Assembly: GCF_009914755.1 (NCBI RefSeq)
Contig: NC_060927.1
Length of the DNA: 64,000 nucleotides
Strand: one strand, 5' to 3'
Source of the DNA: the human T2T-CHM13v2.0 reference genome, Homo sapiens
Every line of letters begins with the position of its first letter. Positions within the stretch are counted from its first letter, which is position 1. Below are positions 57,761-64,000 of the stretch, in pieces. The notes under the pieces were generated by a model, which worked only from the letters and a program-made list of their open reading frames with translations, did not search any database and was not told where the DNA came from. A program made the translations under genes and the position numbers.

Positions 57761-58073
57761 TAGGGTGCTTCTTTTGAAAAGAACATAAGCATCTCTTCCA
57801 GAGGCCAGTCATTTACATTGTAATAAGATAGCTTAATCAGAATACTTCTCATTTATCCTTTAGCTAAAATATGCCAGAATGGGAATTTTTGTTGCAAGGG
57901 AAAGAACATCACCAAATCCCCAACTCCTGACCACTACTGTAACTTCAGCTCTTACCATGGGGATCTAGCACATAGTAGCATCAACATATCTTTTGTCATT
58001 TGGCTGAATAACTCATTCACAATGAGAAAGAATATGTGGTTTTCTGTTATTCAGTATTTGACATATGCTCAGG

Positions 58074-58585
58074 TGTGGAGGGCAGAATAACAGACTACAA
58101 ATGTCCATGTCCTAATCCCTAGAACCTATGAATATGTTACCTTACACAGAAAAGGGGAGTGGGTTTGCAGATAAAATTAAGGTGGCTAAGCAGCTGATTT
58201 TAAGATAGAGAGAATGTCCTGGGTGATCCAAGTGGGCCCCATATAATCACAAGTGTCCTGAAAAGTGAAAGAGGGAGGCAGAAGAGAAGATCAGAGTCAG
58301 AGAAGGAGATGTGAGAAGGACAAGTGCTGCCCTTGCTGGCTTTGAAGACAGAGGAGGAGGGCCATGGGTTGAGAAATGTGGGTGATCTCTAGAAGCTGGA
58401 ACAGGCAAGGAAACTCTCCTAGAGCTCTCAGAAAAGAACGCAGTGCTACCAACACTTTGATTTTTGCCCAATAAGACATGTGGTAGACTTCTTACCTACA
58501 GAACTGTAGGGTAATAAATTTATGTTGTTTTAAGCTATTAAGTGTATAGTAATTTGTTATGGCAACAATAGAAAACCTGTAAAAC
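58074..58585 (+). mobile_element. MLT1D-like solo LTR
   Basis: tgtggagggcagaataa...gtcctaatccctagaacctatgaatatgttaccttac...taatttgttatggcaacaatagaaaac. Confidence 0.8.
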
Positions 58586-60135
58586 AGGAAACAGTTCCTT
58601 TGTTTGGAATATGAAAAACAGACAAAATGCTAGAATTATGTATATTTTTTTCTTTTTCATATCTTTTGGAATTCACTTGCACATGTTTGAGGTAATCCTG
58701 CTTCTCAGTTCGTGGAATATTATCATTTATTCATAGAAGAACCAACCTTTTTGTGAAAACATTTTTTTAAGGTTTATTGTTTTTTTCCCTTCATCTATCA
58801 TTCCTAATCCCACTGCCCTCCTTGCACAGGCATCCACTATAATACATTTAATATAGTTCTTCCAATCCATCCAACAGACGTTTATTTAGATATATGAGCG
58901 TCCTTACAAAAATACACAAGGCCGCTTTATGTGTGTGTTTGATACATAAATGGAATTGTGCTATAAATCCCATTCTGTTTTTGCTTTTTTACTCTTAACT
59001 CCATTTTTGAGATCAATCCAAGTTTCTAAATGAAAATATAATTCATTATCCTATTGTATACACAAACTATATTTTACCTGTACATTCCTTGGACATAGAC
59101 ACCTAGGTTGCCTCTAGCAGAGTGATAGTGAAGCTTGTTAGGAACATCTTGTGTTCCCTGGGAAGAATTTCCCTGGGTGTATACCCAGGAGTGGGCTTGG
59201 TGGATTTAAGGTGCACAATTATCCTTCAGAACGGCTGCATCTGCAGTGGGTGAGGGCTCTCTTTCCCCACCTTTTTGCCAATGCTTGGTAATATCTGACT
59301 TAACAAGTGATATGCAATGGGCAACAAGTAGCTGTGAAAGGAAGTGCTATATAGATGACTTAGTGGAAACCATGCTGTAAATGCAGAATGAGCAGGGAAA
59401 TGTTAAAAAATAATTCTTGGAGGAAGAGTCTTACCAGCAGGACCGATGTGGCTGGGAAGAGGAAAGCCCTCCAGTCAAGAAGGTTGTGTGTGTGGCTCAC
59501 CATTGAGTCATCTTTATCACCAGTGAGATCACCCTTCTTCTGACTACAGCTATCTGGAACTCAGTCTAGTCTATTTCCAGCCTGAGCTTTTTGCTAACCT
59601 TCCCTGGACATGTGAGGGACTCTCTTGACTCAGCTTCCAACTCATTCTCTGCTTTAACTTCCTCTTTGCCACTTTACAAATTTGTGTGATTTAATGACTT
59701 TTGACAGACACATGCCCCTGGGAAACCACGATTATTAACACATGAAACATTTCCATCATTCCGAAAAGTTCCCTAGCATATGTTTGCAGTCCATCCTGCC
59801 TCCTGCTCTTAGCATCATAGAACTACTGATTTGCTTTCTGTCACTTCAGGGAAGTTCACATTTTCCAGAATTTTATATAAATAGAATTGTTTAGTATGTA
59901 CTCTTTTGTGTCTGGCTTTTTTCCACTCAGCATAATTATTTTGAAATTTATTCATTTTATTGACATATCAATAATTTATTTGTTTTTACTGCTGAATAGT
60001 ATTCTATTGTATGAATATACGGCATTTTGTTTCTTTTCTTGAGGGACATTTGTTTTGGGCTATTATTATTAAAGCTTCTATGGACATTCATATATAAGCT
60101 TTTGTGTGGACATATGTTTTAATTTTCTTGGATAA

Positions 60136-60586
<451 letters not shown>

Positions 60587-60896
60587 CTAGTTGTTGCCAC
60601 ATTCTTGTCAAAGGTTGGTAGGGTCAGTTTTTTAAATTTCTTGCCATTTTAGTGACTGTGCATTGGTATTTCATTGTGGTTTATTTGCATGATAACTAAT
60701 GCTCAACACCAACTAATCACGTTGAGTATTTTTAATGTGCTTATTTGCCATTCATATATCTTTTTTGGTGAAGTGTCTCTTCAAATATTTTGCCCATTTA
60801 AAAATTGTGTTGGTTCTTGTTATTGAATTGTAAGAATTCTTTCTATCCGGATATAAATCCTTTGCCATATATGTGTATTACAAATGTTTTCTCCTA

Positions 60897-61111
60897 GCCT
60901 TCCACCTCAGCCTCCCAAGTAGCTGGGAATGCAGGTGTGCACCACCACTCCAGGTTTTTCTGTTTTTGTTGTTGTTTTTGGTTTTTTTTTTCTGTAGAGA
61001 CAGGGTCTTGCCATGGTGCTGAGGCTGCTCTCAAACTCCTGGGATCAAGCAGTCATCCTGCCTCAGCCTCCCAAATTGCTGACATTACAAGCATGAGCCA
61101 CTGTACCTGGC
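60897..61111 (-). mobile_element. AluJ fragment missing its 3' part
   Basis: cctcagcctcccaagtagctggg...gagccactgtacctggc, fused directly to L1M sequence. Confidence 0.8.
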
Positions 61112-62486
61112 TAACTTTTCATCTTTTAAAGTAGTGTCTTGCAAAGAACAACATTTTGAAATTTTAATGAAGTCCAGTTTATCAACCTTTTGGTTCATTG
61201 TCCATGCTTTTTGCATAGTAAGAAATCTTTGCCTGCCTCAAAATTGCAAAGCTTTTCTTCTGTGTTTTCTTCTAGAAATAGTTTTAGATTTTTACATTCA
61301 CTTGTGCTTATTCTTAACTTCTCATTTGGTCTCTTGGATCCCTGGGTCCATGGAGCTATTCTGGAAGGGTTACTAGTATCTCTTTTTGCTTGTAATGGGA
61401 GCAAACCTTAGGACCTAACTGGAGTCCTTTGATTACATCATCAGCCATTTGGGCTTGCAATCACATAAACACACTGAAGGAAATTCCAGTAGGAGAGTGT
61501 TCTCTCCTACTTAGGTACTGTAATAGAGAATAAGACTAGTTATCCTTTTAGCCTAAATTGGATTTATATCCCTCTGAAGAAAAGTAGGTGGGGTGCCAGG
61601 AGCTGATTTGGCTAAAAGAAGAGAGAAGGTGTTCTTGCTGAAATGCCTGGGAAGGACAGGGGGATCAGGAGGCAACAAGGTGTCTGTCCTGGATATTTAT
61701 GATGAGCCAAATTCTAGCAAGTCAAGCAGAAACTGAAGGATGTGATTTCATAACCGATGTTGTGAGACAGAAGAGCACAAAGGTGCTGCACTGGCACCTG
61801 GAGGGAAAGTGTCCTAAGGGGGAGAAAGAAGACACTTTTCCCCACTTCATGTAGACTCAGCATGGTTTTAGCCAGAAAACACTCTGGGAAGTCTAGGGTC
61901 ACTTTGGCACCATGGGAGTTTGCCCCTCTGGTTGCTCCAAGAACACAGGTATTAATGTAGCACAGATATTAATATTAATATTAATTAGCACAGATATAAA
62001 TGTAGTCACAGAAAGAAAAATAGGTGAAAAAGAGACACGTTCTTCAGTGCATGAGAGACTCCCTTTGGTATCTCTCAGAAATGTGGAAGCAGAGGCTATA
62101 GCACAAGCCTGGGTTATTGCTAGTAGCAAGACAGAAAATGAGGCTTGGGCAAGCTGTAGTTATAGTTACAATGGAAATGACTGGCCCAAGAGAGTGCTAC
62201 AGATTACATAACAGCCACTAAGTAGAAGGACAGGCAGAAGGGGTAGGCAAGACATGTTCTCTGGCTGTTGCAGTCACCAAAAAGCCAGGGTACAAAGGCA
62301 GGGAGTTATCTGAACTGCCTTCCTGGAGGGTCATGCATTTAGGATCTGACTCATTGATTCTTTTCCTTAATTTTGCTCTGTACATTTCTCTAAGAGGGCT
62401 AACCAGTGTCAAGGTTTGATAATATCTGAAATGGTATTCTGGTACCAAAGTATCATCTCACAAAGTGTTTAGAAATTGCAAAAGAG

Positions 62487-64000
62487 GCTCCCTCTCCCTC
62501 TCCCTCTCCCTCTCCCTCTCCCTCTCTGTCTCCGTCTCCCTCTCTTTCCACGGTCTCCCTCTGATGCCTAGCCAAAGCTGGACTGTACTGCTGCCATCTC
62601 GGCTCACTGCAACCCCCCTGCCTGATTCTCCTGCCTCAGCCTGCCGAGTGCCTGCGATTGCAGGCGCGCGCCGCCACGCCTGACTGGTTTTCGTATTTTT
62701 TTGGTGGAGATGGGGTTTCGCTGTGTTGGCCGGGCTGGTCTCCAGCTCCTAACCGTGAGTGATCCGCCAGCCTCGGCCTCCCGAGGTGCCGGGATTGCAG
62801 ACGGAGCCTCGTTCACTCAGTGCTCAATGGTGCCCAGGCTGGAGTGCAGTGGCATGATCTCGGCTCGCTACAACCACCTCCCAGCCACCTGCCTTGGCCT
62901 CCCAAAAAGCCGAGATTGCAGTCTCTGCCCGGCCGCCACCCCGTCTGGGAAGTGAGGAACATCTCTGCCTGGCTGCCCATCGTCTGGGATGTGAGGAGCC
63001 CCTCTGCCTGGCTGCCCAGTCTGGAAAGTGAGGAGCGTCTCTGCCCGACCGCCATCCCATGTAGGAAGTGAGGAGCGCCTCTTCCCCGCCGCCATCCCAT
63101 CTAGGAAGTGAGGAGCGCCTCTTCCCCGCCGCCATCCCATCTAGGAAGTGAGGACCGTCTCTGCCCGGCCGCCCATTGTCTGAGATGTGGGGAGCGCCTC
63201 TGCCCCGCTGCCCCGTCTGGGATATGAGGAGCGCCTCTACCCGGCCGCGACCCGGTCTGGGAGGTGAGGAGCGTCTCTGCCCGGCCGCCCTGTCTGAGAA
63301 GTGAGGAGCCCCTCCGCCCGGCAGCCGCCCCGTCTGAGAAGTGCGGAGCCCCTCCGTCCAGCAGCCACCCCGTCTGGGAAGTGAGGAGCGTCTCCGCCCG
63401 GCAGCCACCCCGTCCGGGAGGGAGGTGGGGGTCAGCCCCCCGCCCGGCCAGCCGCCCCGTCCGGGAGGGAGGTGGGGGGGGTCAGCCCCCCTCCCGGCCA
63501 GCCGCCCCGTCCGGGAGGTGAGGGGCGCCTCTGCCCGGCCGTCCCTACTGGGAAGTGAGGAGCCCCTCTGCCCGGCCAGCCGCCCCGTCCGGGAGGGAGG
63601 TGGGGGGCTCAGCCCCCCGCCCGGCCAGCCACCCCATCCGGGAGGGAGTTGGGGGGGTCAGTCCCCCGCCCGGCTAGCCGCCCAGCCCGGGAGGGAGGTG
63701 GGGGGGTCAGCCCCCCGCCCGGCCAGCCACCCCGTCCGGGAGGTGAGGGGCGCCTCTGCCCGGCCGTCCCTACTGGGAAGTGAGGAGCCCCTCTGCCCGG
63801 CCAGCCGCCCCGTCCGGGAGGGAGGTGGGGGGGTCAGCCCCCCGCCCGACCAGCCGCCCCGTCCGGGAGGGAGGTGGGGGGGTCAGCCCCCCGCCCGGCC
63901 AGCTGCCCCGTCCGGGAGGTGAGGGGCGCCTCTGCCCGGCCGCCCCTACTGGGAAGTGAGGAGCCCCTCTGCCCGGCCACCACCCCGTCTGGGAGGTGTA
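62487..64000 (+). mobile_element. SVA retrotransposon (D/E-like), 5' part: (CCCTCT)n hexamer, Alu-like domain and VNTR; continues beyond the window
   Basis: Hexamer array 62488-~62545; Alu-like domain (ccacggtctccctctgatgcc...gccgagattgcag) to ~62920; then GC-rich 35-50-bp VNTR units (gggaagtgaggagcccctctgcccggcc). Confidence 0.97.

Noticed and set aside
61488-61511. Perfect hairpin agtaggagag-tgtt-ctctcctact
   Set aside because: A 10-bp stem with a short variable loop is roughly expected by chance in 64 kb, and there is no supporting context.
61951-62012. Short imperfect repeats (attaat)n and tagcacagat
   Set aside because: Simple slippage-type microrepeat with no spacer structure; not CRISPR-like.
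62465-63922. Pro/Gly/Arg-rich ORFs of up to 194 aa
   Set aside because: They are stop-poor translations of the SVA hexamer, Alu-like and VNTR sequence.

Overview
This window is hominid (most likely human) intergenic or intronic DNA. It is AT-rich and dominated by interspersed repeats. I can support no host protein-coding exon, RNA gene or CRISPR array, and almost all ORFs in the track are translations of Alu, LTR, simple-repeat or SVA sequence. The main landmarks are: a two-LTR THE1D-type MaLR element (8.7-10.9 kb); solo LTRs, most with target-site duplications (TSDs), of MER57-, MER50-, MER34-, THE1C-, LTR10C-, MER39- and MLT1-type; two nested insertion stacks (28.2-29.1 kb and 30.2-31.3 kb); a full-length but dead L1PA2-type LINE-1 on the minus strand (47.27-53.29 kb, 18-bp TSD) that keeps an open antisense ORF0; and the 5' part of a young SVA that runs off the right edge. 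I found no demonstrably new biological system. The best lead is a local ~190-bp direct duplication (54.9 and 56.0 kb) carrying splice signals just downstream of the L1 antisense promoter; copy A could be spliced in frame to ORF0. Secondary leads are a 20-bp CCAAT palindrome, probably from template switching, in a MER57 LTR, a TSD-less L1PA2 3' fragment, and an SVA inserted in what may be a multi-copy subtelomere-related duplicon. Repeat subfamily names come from my recognition of consensus motifs, not from a database search.
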